Shown here piece after piece: positions 9,832-20,085 of a stretch of DNA of 61,541 nt. The position numbers were made by a program, and so were the translations under genes. The stretch covers positions 1 through 61,541 of the forward strand of contig JAGANX010000018.1 in assembly GCA_017623975.1 (NCBI GenBank), written 5' to 3'. The first letter of the stretch is position 1. Every line of letters starts with the position of its first letter. This stretch comes from Clostridia bacterium (GTDB lineage Bacteria > Bacillota > Clostridia > Oscillospirales > CAG-272). A model generated the notes under the pieces. It was not told where the DNA came from and did no database searches. It saw only the letters and a program-made list of their open reading frames with translations.

Positions 9832-9952
9832 TTTCGTTCAAACGAACTGCTTTCGCATTTTTGTTTCGTTCAAACGAAAAATTTTTCCTTGATTTGCTTC
9901 GTTCAAGCGAAATATCTGTTATAATTATACTTCGTCAAAACGAAATTGTCAA
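9832..9952 (-). promoter_or_regulatory. promoter with four phased palindromic operator-like sites
   Basis: TTCGTTCAAACGAA-like sites start at 9833, 9865, 9898 and 9931; TTGACA (9952-9947)-17-TATAAT (9929-9924). Confidence 0.75.
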
Positions 9953-10023
9953 GTCATTTTTAAGTTAAATTTTTCAAGTCTTAAAATTGAAAGGGGCTAT
10001 TGCATTAAGCAATAACCACCTTT

Positions 10024-10821
10024 TTAATTATCTAATTTCACCCAAATTACAGGGCGTACGCCTGACTTAATTGTCGTCTGTGTATATGGCTTGATTTTAT
10101 TTACACGGTCTATGCATTTTCCATCATATTCATTTTTACAATTTTTGCGTAGCCACCATTGGCAGGTTCCCATGCCGCCCCTTCTTGCTCCGTTTCGTTG
10201 TGCGTATTCCGTAGGGCGGCAACCCCCAAGGCTTTCAATACGACTGCCTAACGGGCTGCTGCTAATATATTTAAAAAATTCACTTTCACTCAACAAAAAT
10301 ACTTTGTCCTCGCATGGCGGATTGATACCGTCATTTTGCACGGTTGTAGCAATGTGCGCATATTCCTCGTTTGTAAAAGCATCATCTGCAAACCTTGTAT
10401 TAAGCCACTCCCTCATTTCAGAGTGTTCCCAAATACAGCCCGATGCCTCGTGGTATCTGCGCCCTTCAACGGCGTATTTGCTAATAAGCAACGCTTTGCC
10501 GGGTTCCCTTGCGAGAATTATCCACTCAATAGGAAGCTTCTCATCATAATAGCGGAAGGGATATGAGCCAATGCTTACCTGCATACCCGCCTTTAAGTCC
10601 TTATGGTCAATTGCATTTTCTCCAAAAAGGAAATTATCTCCGTCCGTGACGTTTGAGCCGCAGGAAGGACAAAAAACACCGCCAAAAAACTTTATCCCAC
10701 ACTTGTCGCACTCATATTCCGTTTCCGTCTCCCCTAAATCATCCCCAATATAGTATCCGCATTTGGTACAGAATAGCCAATGGTTAGCGGCAGTCGCTTT
10801 ACATCTTTTACAGTATTTCAT
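10024..10821 (-). CDS. double zinc-ribbon plus DUF6273-like domain protein
   Basis: Four CxxC pairs at the N-terminus; PIEWIIL, SEMREWLN, DKVFLLSESE, WWLR and GVRPVIWV motifs. Confidence 0.75.
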   Translation of the reverse strand: MKYCKRCKATAANHWLFCTKCGYYIGDDLGETETEYECDKCGIKFFGGVFCPSCGSNVTDGDNFLFGENAIDHKDLKAGMQVSIGSYPFRYYDEKLPIEWIILAREPGKALLISKYAVEGRRYHEASGCIWEHSEMREWLNTRFADDAFTNEEYAHIATTVQNDGINPPCEDKVFLLSESEFFKYISSSPLGSRIESLGGCRPTEYAQRNGARRGGMGTCQWWLRKNCKNEYDGKCIDRVNKIKPYTQTTIKSGVRPVIWVKLDN

Positions 10822-10958
10822 TAAATTTTCCTCTCCCTTGCTATGATACCTTCATTATAGCATAATATTTTCCTGTTTGTGCAAAAAAGTTTACGCATTT
10901 AAAATATTCATTTTATCTCATACATCAACTGTCTGTAAAAGCAGCTGATGCAAAGATA

Positions 10959-10997
10959 GAAGAAAGCCTCACTTCAAAATTCCGTGAGGCTTTCTTC
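10959..10997. terminator. terminator-like hairpin downstream of the kinase
   Basis: GAAGAAAGCCTCAC/GTGAGGCTTTCTTC inverted repeat. Confidence 0.6.
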
Positions 10998-11029
10998 CAT
11001 TTTATTAAGTATGATAGTTTTATCAATCA

Positions 11030-12562
11030 TTACAAGCTTTCCGTTGCTTTCTTTTCAACCGCTAAGCCTGCTTTATACGCTTTCATAAAGCTTGCGAACT
11101 TTTCTTTTTCTTCCTTTGAAGCAACAACCGTTTCCTTCTCTGCGCTTGCAAAGAGTGTATCAAGGAAGTCCTCCAATGCTTTTTCATTGAAAATTCTGTA
11201 AAGGGCAAGCACAGCAACACCCCAAGCACCGCCCTCACCTGCTGTTTTCATAGTGGTGATAGGTGCGCCAAGAGCCGCGCTCATTGCGTTTGCACCGATA
11301 AACGGAGTCTTGAAAAAGCCACCGTGACCGCATATGTCGTTGATTTGTACATTTTCCTCATTCAAAATTTCCATACCAACACTCATAGCACCAAGGGCAG
11401 AATAAAGCTGCATTTGCATAAAGTTAGCAAGGGTTAATTTTCCGCCGGGCTTTCTTGCCACAAGGGGAATACCGCTTTCCATACCAACAATTGGCTCACC
11501 TGACAAGAAGTTGTAGCCAACCAAGCCGCCAATATCAAAGTCACTCTTTGCTGAAATTTCATAAAGAGCATCAAAAAGCTTGCCCTTGTTCATTGTTGCG
11601 CCTGCTAATGCAATAACCTCCTCAAAAAGGTTAGTCCAAGCATTAATTTCAGAGGTGAAATTGTTTGCGTGTACCATAGCAACGTCAGCACCGCTTGGAG
11701 TTGCTACAATGTCAATTGACTCATTTACCTTTGAAAGCGGCTTTTCAAGTACAACCATAGCAAAAGCAGACGTGCCTGCTGACACATTTCCTGTTTTAAC
11801 TCTTACTGCATTCGTGGCAACCATACCTGTGCCTGCATCTCCCTCAGGTGGGCAAAGCGGACAGCCTGCCTTTAATGTACCTGTTTTGTCAAGGAGCTTT
11901 GCACCCTTTTCGGTTAAAGTGCCTGCGTCTCCGCCTGCCAAAACTGCCTTTGGCAAGAGCTTATATAAATCCTTATCAACACCGTGCTTTTTCAAAAGTG
12001 AGTTATATATTTTTATTCTGTCAAGATCGTAATCATTACCCTTAATCGGCACCATACCGGCAGCATCACCAATGCCAAGCACCTTTTCGCCTGTGAGCAT
12101 CCAATGTACGTAGCCTGCCAAGGTTGTTAAGAAGGTAACATCCTTTACATGACTCTCCCCATTTAAAACCGCTTGGTAGAAGTGAGAGCCACTCCAACGC
12201 TGCGGCATATTAAAGTTAAGCGCACTTGTAAGCTCCTGTGCTGCCTGCGCGGTAGTTGTATTACGCCAGGTTCTAAACGGAACAAGCAGGTTATCATCCT
12301 TATCAAACGCCAAGTATCCGTGCATCATTGCGGAAATACCGATTGAATCAAGCCTTTCAATAGGTGCGCCAAGGTCCTTGCAAAGGTTAGCGTAAGCATC
12401 CTGCAAGCCTGTCCAAACATCATCAAGAGAATATGTCCAATATCCGTTTTCAAGCTTATTTTCCCATTCGTGAGAGCCGCTTGCTATAACGGCTGCATTT
12501 TCATCAATCAAAACTGCCTTAATTCTTGTAGAGCCAAGCTCAATACCTAATACTTTTTTCAT
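11030..12562 (-). CDS. FGGY-family pentulose kinase (ribulokinase/xylulokinase-like)
   Basis: LGIELGSTRIKAVL, GISAMMHGY, PPEGDAGTGMVATN and GHGGFFK motifs. Confidence 0.85.
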   Translation of the reverse strand: MKKVLGIELGSTRIKAVLIDENAAVIASGSHEWENKLENGYWTYSLDDVWTGLQDAYANLCKDLGAPIERLDSIGISAMMHGYLAFDKDDNLLVPFRTWRNTTTAQAAQELTSALNFNMPQRWSGSHFYQAVLNGESHVKDVTFLTTLAGYVHWMLTGEKVLGIGDAAGMVPIKGNDYDLDRIKIYNSLLKKHGVDKDLYKLLPKAVLAGGDAGTLTEKGAKLLDKTGTLKAGCPLCPPEGDAGTGMVATNAVRVKTGNVSAGTSAFAMVVLEKPLSKVNESIDIVATPSGADVAMVHANNFTSEINAWTNLFEEVIALAGATMNKGKLFDALYEISAKSDFDIGGLVGYNFLSGEPIVGMESGIPLVARKPGGKLTLANFMQMQLYSALGAMSVGMEILNEENVQINDICGHGGFFKTPFIGANAMSAALGAPITTMKTAGEGGAWGVAVLALYRIFNEKALEDFLDTLFASAEKETVVASKEEKEKFASFMKAYKAGLAVEKKATESL

Positions 12563-12770
12563 ATTCACCTCTTATAGATAATCCTTCAAATATTTCCTTG
12601 TGTTTTCAACCGTTTCATCAAACGGTTTTCTTTCATTCGTTAGCTTTTTCATATATAAAGTATAAACCACTTGAAGCAAAAAGTCAACAAAAAACTTGAA
12701 ATACGGTTGATAAATGAATGTGCTTGTAGTATAATTAAAGCACAAAGCTATACACAAAAGAGAGGTAGAT

Positions 12771-14036
12771 ATGAGAAAAGAAAAGGTTATTCAGTTTGGT
12801 GAGGGCGGCTTCCTTCGCGGATTTGTAGATTGGATGCTTGATATAGCCAACGAAAAAGCAGATTTTAACGGTAGTGTTGTTGTTGTGCAGCCTATTAAAA
12901 ACGGGCTTTGCGATGTTTTAAGCGAGCAGGGCTGTGTATATACTCATCTTTGCCGTGGCGTTGAGGGAGTTGACCAAAGGAAAATTGATGTAATTTCCAG
13001 GTGTGTTAAGCCCTATGAGGAATTTGACAAATATATGGCACTATCCGAAAACCCCGATTTCCGTTTTATCGTTTCCAACACAACCGAGGCAGGTATTGTT
13101 TTTAGCGAAGCGGATAAATTTGAAGATGCGCCTGCCGCCACCTTCCCGGGCAAGCTAACACAGCTTCTTTATAAAAGATACACACTTGGCTTAGGCGGCT
13201 TTGTGTTCCTACCCTGTGAGCTTATTGAGAATAACGGTAGCGAGCTTAAAAAATGCATTTTAAGGTACGCTGACCTTTGGGGCTTAGGCGAGGGCTTTAA
13301 AAATTGGATAGACAAGGACAATATCTTTACGAACACCTTGGTTGACCGTATAAACACAGGCTACCCAAGGGATGAAAAAATTGACTGCGGCTTTCCTGAC
13401 AAAATGGTAAACACCTCTGAATATTTTCACCTATGGGTAATTGACGGGTATGAGGATTTGTTTAAGGAGCTTCCCTTTGATAAATGCGGACTTAATGTAA
13501 TTTTGACGCATGAGCTTAAAAAATATCGCACAATTAAGGTGCGTATTCTAAACGGCTCGCACACCTCAATGATACCCTATGCTCTTTTAAGCGGAGTTGA
13601 AACCGTGGGAGATTGTCTAAAAGATAAAAAAATATCCGCCCACCTAAAAGCCTGCCAAGAGGAAATAGTTGCTTCCTTGGATATGGATAAAAAGGAAACA
13701 GAGGAATATGCCAAGGCGGTTATGGTTAGGTTTGCTAACCCATACATACGCCATATGTGTCAGTCTATTGCCCTAAACTCCGTTAGTAAATTTAAGGTAA
13801 GAGTTTTGCCATCTATTCTTGACTATGAGAAAAAATACAATGAAGCGCCAAAAGCTCTTTTGTTCTCCTTTGGTAAGCTGATTGAATTTTACAAAAAGGG
13901 CACGCCGAATGACGATACGGTAGCAACTGAAAAAATGCAAAAGGGCTCGGTTTTGGAAATTCTTTCCGACACTTCCTTGTGGGGTGAGGATTTATCAAGA
14001 TTTGCCTGCGAGGTTGAAAAATATGCAAATTCATAA
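12771..14036 (+). CDS. uxaB: tagaturonate (altronate oxido)reductase
   Basis: QFGEGGFLRGFVDW, SNTTEAGI and KVRILNGSHT; operon with uxaA and uxaC. Confidence 0.92.
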   Translation: MRKEKVIQFGEGGFLRGFVDWMLDIANEKADFNGSVVVVQPIKNGLCDVLSEQGCVYTHLCRGVEGVDQRKIDVISRCVKPYEEFDKYMALSENPDFRFIVSNTTEAGIVFSEADKFEDAPAATFPGKLTQLLYKRYTLGLGGFVFLPCELIENNGSELKKCILRYADLWGLGEGFKNWIDKDNIFTNTLVDRINTGYPRDEKIDCGFPDKMVNTSEYFHLWVIDGYEDLFKELPFDKCGLNVILTHELKKYRTIKVRILNGSHTSMIPYALLSGVETVGDCLKDKKISAHLKACQEEIVASLDMDKKETEEYAKAVMVRFANPYIRHMCQSIALNSVSKFKVRVLPSILDYEKKYNEAPKALLFSFGKLIEFYKKGTPNDDTVATEKMQKGSVLEILSDTSLWGEDLSRFACEVEKYANS

Positions 14037-15399
14037 GCTTGATAATGTGGAGGTGCAAAAAAACGGACATAAGTACGCGCTAAAACAAATAAAGCAGGGG
14101 GAAAATATTATAAAATACGGCTCCCCTATCGGTCACGCAACCTGTGACATTGAAATCGGTGAGCACGTACATACACACAATGTAAAAACAAACCTTTCGG
14201 GCAACCTTGAATATTCCTACAATTATAAGGATTACGGTATTTCAAGGGTTGAGTGTGACTTAACCTTTGAGGGCTATGTGCGTGAAAACGGTGATGTTGG
14301 CATACGCAACGATATTTGGATTGTAAATACCGTTGGATGCGTTAACAAGGTGGCAGAAGCTCTGTCAAGGAAAACAGGTGCAAAACATTTCCCACACCCA
14401 TATGGCTGCTCTCAGCTTGGGGAGGATAACGCCCTTACCCAAAAAATACTTTGCGGCTTGATAAACCATCCAAACGCAGGCGGTGTTTTAGTTCTTGGCT
14501 TAGGCTGTGAAAACAACAATATTGGCGAGATGAAAAGGGTGCTTGGCGAGTACAACGAAAGCCGTATTAAGTTCCTAAACTGTCAAGATGTTGAGGACGA
14601 AATTGCCGAGGGCGTATCCATAATTGAAGAATTACAGAGGTACGCATCCACATTCAAAAAAGAGAGAATAAGCATATCAAGGCTTCGCTTAGGCTTGAAA
14701 TGCGGTGGCAGTGACGGTTATAGCGGTATTTCCGCTAACCCCCTTGTAGGCAGCCTTTGTGATAAAATGGTTTCCTTTGGCGGTAGCTGTGTTTTGACAG
14801 AGGTGCCTGAAATGTTTGGCGCGGAGCATCTGTTAATGGAAAGATGCGTTGACAAAAAAACCTTTGATAAAACCGTGAAGCTTATAAACGATTTTAAGGA
14901 CTACTTTACAAGGCACAATCAGGTTATTTACGAAAATCCGTCCCCGGGAAACAAGGCGGGTGGAATTACAACACTTGAAGAAAAATCTCTTGGCTGTGTT
15001 CAAAAGGGCGGGCTATCCCCCGTGGTTGACGTGCTTGACTACGGCGACACACTTTCCAAAAACGGCTTGTCCCTTTTAAACGGTCCGGGTAATGACATTG
15101 TGGCGGTGACAAACCTAACTGCGGCAGGGGTACATATGGTACTGTTCACCACAGGCAGAGGCACTCCACTTGGCGGTCCTGTGCCAACAGTTAAAATTTC
15201 AACCAACAAGCAGTTGGCAGAAAAGAAAAGCGGTTGGATTGACTTTGATGCTTCTCCCATTTTGGAGGGTGAAAAAATGGAAAGCATAACCGAGGACTTC
15301 CTTGCCTACATATTAGAGGTGGCAAGCGGAAGAAAAACAAAAAATGAGGAAAACGGTTTTTCCGAAATTGCAATATTTAAGGACGGTGTTACATTATAA
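14023..15399 (+). CDS. uxaA: altronate dehydratase
   Basis: SAF domain (GHKYAL..HVHTHN), HPYGCSQLG, KCGGSDG and YENPSPGNKAGG. Confidence 0.92.
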   Translation: MQIHKLDNVEVQKNGHKYALKQIKQGENIIKYGSPIGHATCDIEIGEHVHTHNVKTNLSGNLEYSYNYKDYGISRVECDLTFEGYVRENGDVGIRNDIWIVNTVGCVNKVAEALSRKTGAKHFPHPYGCSQLGEDNALTQKILCGLINHPNAGGVLVLGLGCENNNIGEMKRVLGEYNESRIKFLNCQDVEDEIAEGVSIIEELQRYASTFKKERISISRLRLGLKCGGSDGYSGISANPLVGSLCDKMVSFGGSCVLTEVPEMFGAEHLLMERCVDKKTFDKTVKLINDFKDYFTRHNQVIYENPSPGNKAGGITTLEEKSLGCVQKGGLSPVVDVLDYGDTLSKNGLSLLNGPGNDIVAVTNLTAAGVHMVLFTTGRGTPLGGPVPTVKISTNKQLAEKKSGWIDFDASPILEGEKMESITEDFLAYILEVASGRKTKNEENGFSEIAIFKDGVTL

Positions 15400-16787
15400 T
15401 GAGCTACATAAAGAATAATTTTTTACTTGACAACAAAGCTGCACAACGGTTGTATTTTGACTATGCAAAGGATATGCCGATTTTTGACTATCACTGCCAT
15501 TTACCTGAAAAGCAGATACTTGAAAACAAAAGATTTAATGACGTTTTTGAAATTTGGTTGGCGGGCGACCACTATAAATGGCGTTTAATGCGTAACTACG
15601 GCGTAAACGAGGAATTTATTACAGGTAACGCATCAAACAAGGAAAAATTCATAACCTACTGTAACGCCTTGGGCACCGCCTTTGGCAACCCGCTTTACCA
15701 CTGGTCACAGGTTGAGCTTCAAGAGTATTTTGGCTGCACCCTTGAAATTAACGGTGAAAATGCCCAGGCTATTTGGGATATGTGTAACGACTATATCGCA
15801 AAAAACAAGGTCACCCCGCAATCCCTTATCGAAAGCTCAAACGTAACCCACGTGTTCACCACAAACGAGGTGTTTGATGACCTTACCACCTTTGAAAAAA
15901 TCAAGGAAAAGGGCTACAAGTTTTTAGTTATTCCGGCATTTAGAGCTGACAAGATAATGAACATTGAGGCAAAGGGCTACCTTAATTTCCTTGGCAAGCT
16001 TGAAGAATTAACAAATAAGATTTCTTCAATAGATGACCTTGAAAATGCACTTGAAAACAGGCTTCAGGCATTTTTGTCCGTTGGCTGCCGTGCAAGTGAT
16101 ATTGCGGTGGAAAGCGTGTACCCTGTGTCTAAAAAAGAGGATGCGGACAAGGTTTTAAGGTCCGTTTTGGCAGGCAATACACCAAGCGTTGCGGATAGTG
16201 AGGTGTTTAAGGGCTATGTAACATACTTCTTAATGAAGCTTTATGCAAAATATAATGTGTCAACCGAGCTTCACTTTGGCGCAATGCGTAACAACAACAG
16301 CGTTATGCTTGAAAAATTGGGGCTTGATACAGGCTTCGACAGTATTTCCGACAAAAATTCCATTTCCAATCTTTCAAGACTTATGGATAAATTGAATTGC
16401 GAAAAGTCATTGCCTAAGCTTATCATCTTTAACCTTAACCCGAAAATGAACGCTGAAATTATGTCGCTAATAGGTTGCTTCCAGGACGGATGTGCAAGGG
16501 GTAAAATTCAGTACGGTCCTGCTTGGTGGTTCCTTGACAATAAGGTTGGTATGGAAAAGCATTTAGAGGACTTAACTGCAACAGGTCACATCGGCACCTT
16601 TATCGGTATGCTTACCGACAGCCGTTCTCTGCTCTCCTACCCTCGTCACCATTACTTCCGTAGGATTTTATGCACATACCTGGGCACGCTTATGGAAAAG
16701 GGAGAAATGACATCTAATTTTGAGCTTGTTGGCTCCGTTATTAAGGATATTTGCTACAATAACGCAATTAAATACTTTAACGTTTAA
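15399..16787 (+). CDS. uxaC: uronate (glucuronate/galacturonate) isomerase
   Basis: DYHCHL, GDHYKWRLMR, AWWFLD and GMLTDSRS..SYPRH.YFRR. Confidence 0.95.
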   Translation: MSYIKNNFLLDNKAAQRLYFDYAKDMPIFDYHCHLPEKQILENKRFNDVFEIWLAGDHYKWRLMRNYGVNEEFITGNASNKEKFITYCNALGTAFGNPLYHWSQVELQEYFGCTLEINGENAQAIWDMCNDYIAKNKVTPQSLIESSNVTHVFTTNEVFDDLTTFEKIKEKGYKFLVIPAFRADKIMNIEAKGYLNFLGKLEELTNKISSIDDLENALENRLQAFLSVGCRASDIAVESVYPVSKKEDADKVLRSVLAGNTPSVADSEVFKGYVTYFLMKLYAKYNVSTELHFGAMRNNNSVMLEKLGLDTGFDSISDKNSISNLSRLMDKLNCEKSLPKLIIFNLNPKMNAEIMSLIGCFQDGCARGKIQYGPAWWFLDNKVGMEKHLEDLTATGHIGTFIGMLTDSRSLLSYPRHHYFRRILCTYLGTLMEKGEMTSNFELVGSVIKDICYNNAIKYFNV

Positions 16788-16796
16788 TATAACTAA

Positions 16797-16850
16797 CAAA
16801 AAGAGCAAGAGTAAAAGGAAACCGGTCCTTCTATTCTTGCTCTTATTTTG
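16797..16850. terminator. terminator-like hairpin between convergent genes
   Basis: AAGAGCAAGAGTA/TATTCTTGCTCTT inverted repeat. Confidence 0.6.
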
Positions 16851-16950
16851 TCAATTTGTCATTCTCGCCGACTTAATATACTCGTTTGCAAAGCAAGCAT
16901 ATCGAGTGCGTTCGAAAATCCCGTAAGGCTACCCGTGGGTATTTTTTATT

Positions 16951-19900
16951 TTACTGTGCCATTTCAAGTATTTGGTTATATGTAGTTGCAATAGCACTTT
17001 CTAAGCCGGACTCACCATTGTCAATATAGTAAACCGTACCGTCAACAATGTAGTAGCCACAGAAGTATATTTCTGTATCCTCATTGCCGCCTAAGCCTGT
17101 AACCTTAACATCAATTATGTCATACTTTGAATTTGTGCAGGAGAATGCAAGCACAGAGCTGCTTATAGCCTTTCCGTCTGTACCTACAAGCTTACCGTCA
17201 GCCACGCTTGCCTTTGCGGCAACCGCAACACCGTAGCTAATTTCGTTTCCTGTGATTTCAAAGTAATTTGCATACACCTTTTCTTCAAAGCCAAAGCACT
17301 GAGAAACGCTAACATCACCGTATTCCTTTATGGAATAACCGTAATAGGTGAACAATGCAGGGAATGTAGCTTCCTCCTCCTCGCCAATTGTTTCATCACA
17401 GTATAAGCACTTATAAACCTTTGTACCAAGCTTTGTCATACCGTTTTTGTAAAGAACATCCTTTACAATGTCGCTGTCAGTATGCTCCTCGGAAAGTGGC
17501 ATATAAACCACTTCTGTACCGTATGCTTCATTTTCAACTTCATTAATTTCAGGGTTGAGAGTTGAATATGTTGTGTATGTATTTTCGCGATAATCACCGC
17601 CACAAGGACAATCTGTTACATAGTACGCTGTACCCTGTGTTACACAGGTAGATTCTGTTACCACACCGTATGCGTATGCGTGGGGCAAGCCTGAGTAAAC
17701 TGTATATTTGCAATTTGCCAATGAAGTCACACCGGAAACGGTATAGAAGTTAACACCTAAAACGCTTCTGTTTGCAAACACATCCTTGTGTATTGAAATT
17801 GTTTCGCTGTGGCAATAAATATTAAGCGCACCTTGGTTAAGTCCCTTACCTTCACGGTGTGAAGCGTTAGAGGATGCGTTTCCGTTACAGCAGAATGAAT
17901 ATTGGTCTATGTATGTAATATCCATTAAAACTACTGTTTTCAAGGAATAGCAGCAGTCAAAGGGCTTTCTTACAATTTTTTTATCTGAAATACAGTTTGC
18001 ACCGAAATAAGCGTATGTCAATTCAGGTGAACCGTAGAAGGCTGCATCTCCCGCAAATACGATATTACTGTTATCCGGGAAAATAACCTTTTCTAAGCCT
18101 GAATTGTTAAAGCAGTTTGCACCGAAGGTATATGTGTTACCCTCTGCCATCAAAACATCTTTTACTGCTTGGTTGTTTTTAAAAGCGTCATCTTTAAATG
18201 TAGCATCGCCCTTTGTCAAGTCAAGAACTGCCAAGAGAGGACAATTTGATACAGTGCTTCCGCTGAATACAACAAGTCCATTACCGTTAGTTATCTTTTC
18301 AAGCGCAGGACAGTTCTTAATGGATGAGCCATTAAATGTTACGGTAGCATAATCCATTATCTCAATTTCCTTCAATGCTGTCATATCAGCAATTGCGTTG
18401 CCTGTAACACTCAAAAGTCCGCTTGGAATTTGGATTTTTACAATATCCTTCTTGGTGTAGCCGTCTCCGTCCTTAACACCTGTGATTGTGCAAGAATATT
18501 CCTCTACCGTATCAACTACTGTAAAGTTGAATACATCCTTTGCCAAAAGGGTAATTTCAGTTTCTTTTCCGTCCTTCAAGACTGTAATTGTTACCTCTAC
18601 TTCAAGAGATGAGAAGGAATATTCATATGTATAGTAGTAATCACATCTGTCGCAATCTACTCTCTTGATACCAAGCTCTGAAACTGTGGCTTCCTTTTCT
18701 GTTGTCAAGATTGTAAAGCTATGTCCAAATTCAGGGCTTATGCCTGTTTTGTATGCGCCGCATTCGCAACGGAAATAATAAATTCCTGCGGTTGTACAAG
18801 TATTTTCAATTCCCTCATATGCCTCTGCCTGTACATAATTGTGTGTACCGTTAGGGCATTCGCTCTTAACCACTGAATAAGTACCTTCTGCTTCATTGTA
18901 AACAAGGCTTGTGTTATCAGCTCTTAAAACAGCGTCAGGAACCTTAACGTTGAAGGTACCGCCAACAATGTTGAAGCGGTCAGCATTTTTTGCAGTTAAA
19001 TCGTGTATTCCCTGTGGATACAAGGCTTCGTCATAAATATCACTTGTCCAGTAGCTTGGGTTTGTAGCGCTTTGCGGCAAATTGATTGTACCACCGTAAA
19101 TGTTCAAGCGCAATTGATAACAGTTGCTCTTGTTATTGTATGAGCCGTACATAATTTTTTGTCCGTTTAAGGTTACCTCAGCACCCTCAAAAATCTCAAT
19201 GGTTGGGGTCTTATCTGTAGAGTTCCAAAGGTTACCCAAGGACCAAACATTAAGCTTACCGTAAATTCTAAATAATGGCAAGCCATCCCAGCAGGAGCCA
19301 TTTCCGTCCTGGTAAAGGTGGTGGTTCGGTGCATTAAGCACAACGTCAACACCGATAACGCATTTGTTTGTTTCGTTGTACCAGCCGTGGGAGTTGCAGT
19401 TAAACAAGTGGTGTGAACCAACCTTATTGTCCGGGTTAGTTACTGTCAACGTGCCTTCACCGATTACGTGCTTACCTGTTCTGTCGCCACCCATCATAGT
19501 ACCGTTTGCATTCAAGGTAAGGTTGTAGCCACCAAGAACGACGATATTTTCTGATTGTCCGTGCATACTAAGGGATGCGTTTCTTACGATGTCCGCAGTA
19601 AGAATAACCGCTCTTGTATCTCCACTCATTCCTGTTTGAAGTTCATCAGCATTAGATGCTTCTTTCGCCACACATCTGAAAAGGCGAGTGTCTTCGTTAA
19701 AAGAAACAGTTTCACCTGCCTTATAGGTACGACCGTTTTCTGTGTACCAAATAAGCTGATATCCCGCTTCACCTGCGCGTTTTGCGCTTGAAGTTGTAGG
19801 CAAAGTAAAGGCTTCGCCTGCACCAACGGTTATTTTTCCGTCAGGATGTGCAGTTTTGTCAAGGCTTGTGGTTGCGCTTGTTGGGTCTTGGGAGTTTACA

Positions 19901-20007
19901 AATGAAATTGTAATATCGCCTGCCTCCGCATCGTTAGCGAATACAGCTATACCCAGCGTTAGAACAATAGCCAAAGCAAAAACTAAAATAAGTAATTTCT
20001 TTTTCAT
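16951..20007 (-). CDS. secreted surface protein with BspA/LRR repeats, Cys/His repeats and a C-terminal GYS domain
   Basis: Signal peptide MKKKLLILVF..AVFA; LRR_5-like repeats; TCxxxG..CxCG units. Confidence 0.75.
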   Translation of the reverse strand: MKKKLLILVFALAIVLTLGIAVFANDAEAGDITISFVNSQDPTSATTSLDKTAHPDGKITVGAGEAFTLPTTSSAKRAGEAGYQLIWYTENGRTYKAGETVSFNEDTRLFRCVAKEASNADELQTGMSGDTRAVILTADIVRNASLSMHGQSENIVVLGGYNLTLNANGTMMGGDRTGKHVIGEGTLTVTNPDNKVGSHHLFNCNSHGWYNETNKCVIGVDVVLNAPNHHLYQDGNGSCWDGLPLFRIYGKLNVWSLGNLWNSTDKTPTIEIFEGAEVTLNGQKIMYGSYNNKSNCYQLRLNIYGGTINLPQSATNPSYWTSDIYDEALYPQGIHDLTAKNADRFNIVGGTFNVKVPDAVLRADNTSLVYNEAEGTYSVVKSECPNGTHNYVQAEAYEGIENTCTTAGIYYFRCECGAYKTGISPEFGHSFTILTTEKEATVSELGIKRVDCDRCDYYYTYEYSFSSLEVEVTITVLKDGKETEITLLAKDVFNFTVVDTVEEYSCTITGVKDGDGYTKKDIVKIQIPSGLLSVTGNAIADMTALKEIEIMDYATVTFNGSSIKNCPALEKITNGNGLVVFSGSTVSNCPLLAVLDLTKGDATFKDDAFKNNQAVKDVLMAEGNTYTFGANCFNNSGLEKVIFPDNSNIVFAGDAAFYGSPELTYAYFGANCISDKKIVRKPFDCCYSLKTVVLMDITYIDQYSFCCNGNASSNASHREGKGLNQGALNIYCHSETISIHKDVFANRSVLGVNFYTVSGVTSLANCKYTVYSGLPHAYAYGVVTESTCVTQGTAYYVTDCPCGGDYRENTYTTYSTLNPEINEVENEAYGTEVVYMPLSEEHTDSDIVKDVLYKNGMTKLGTKVYKCLYCDETIGEEEEATFPALFTYYGYSIKEYGDVSVSQCFGFEEKVYANYFEITGNEISYGVAVAAKASVADGKLVGTDGKAISSSVLAFSCTNSKYDIIDVKVTGLGGNEDTEIYFCGYYIVDGTVYYIDNGESGLESAIATTYNQILEMAQ

Positions 20008-20085
20008 TGTCATTCTCCTTCATAATTAAATATAAATTTAGATAAAATAATTATACCACACGCATGTTTCTTTGTCAATATTGCA

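Noticed and set aside
9832-9946. Regularly spaced repeats as a mini-CRISPR array
   Set aside because: Units are about 14-16 bp with about 18-bp gaps, overlap a promoter, and no cas genes are present; operators fit better
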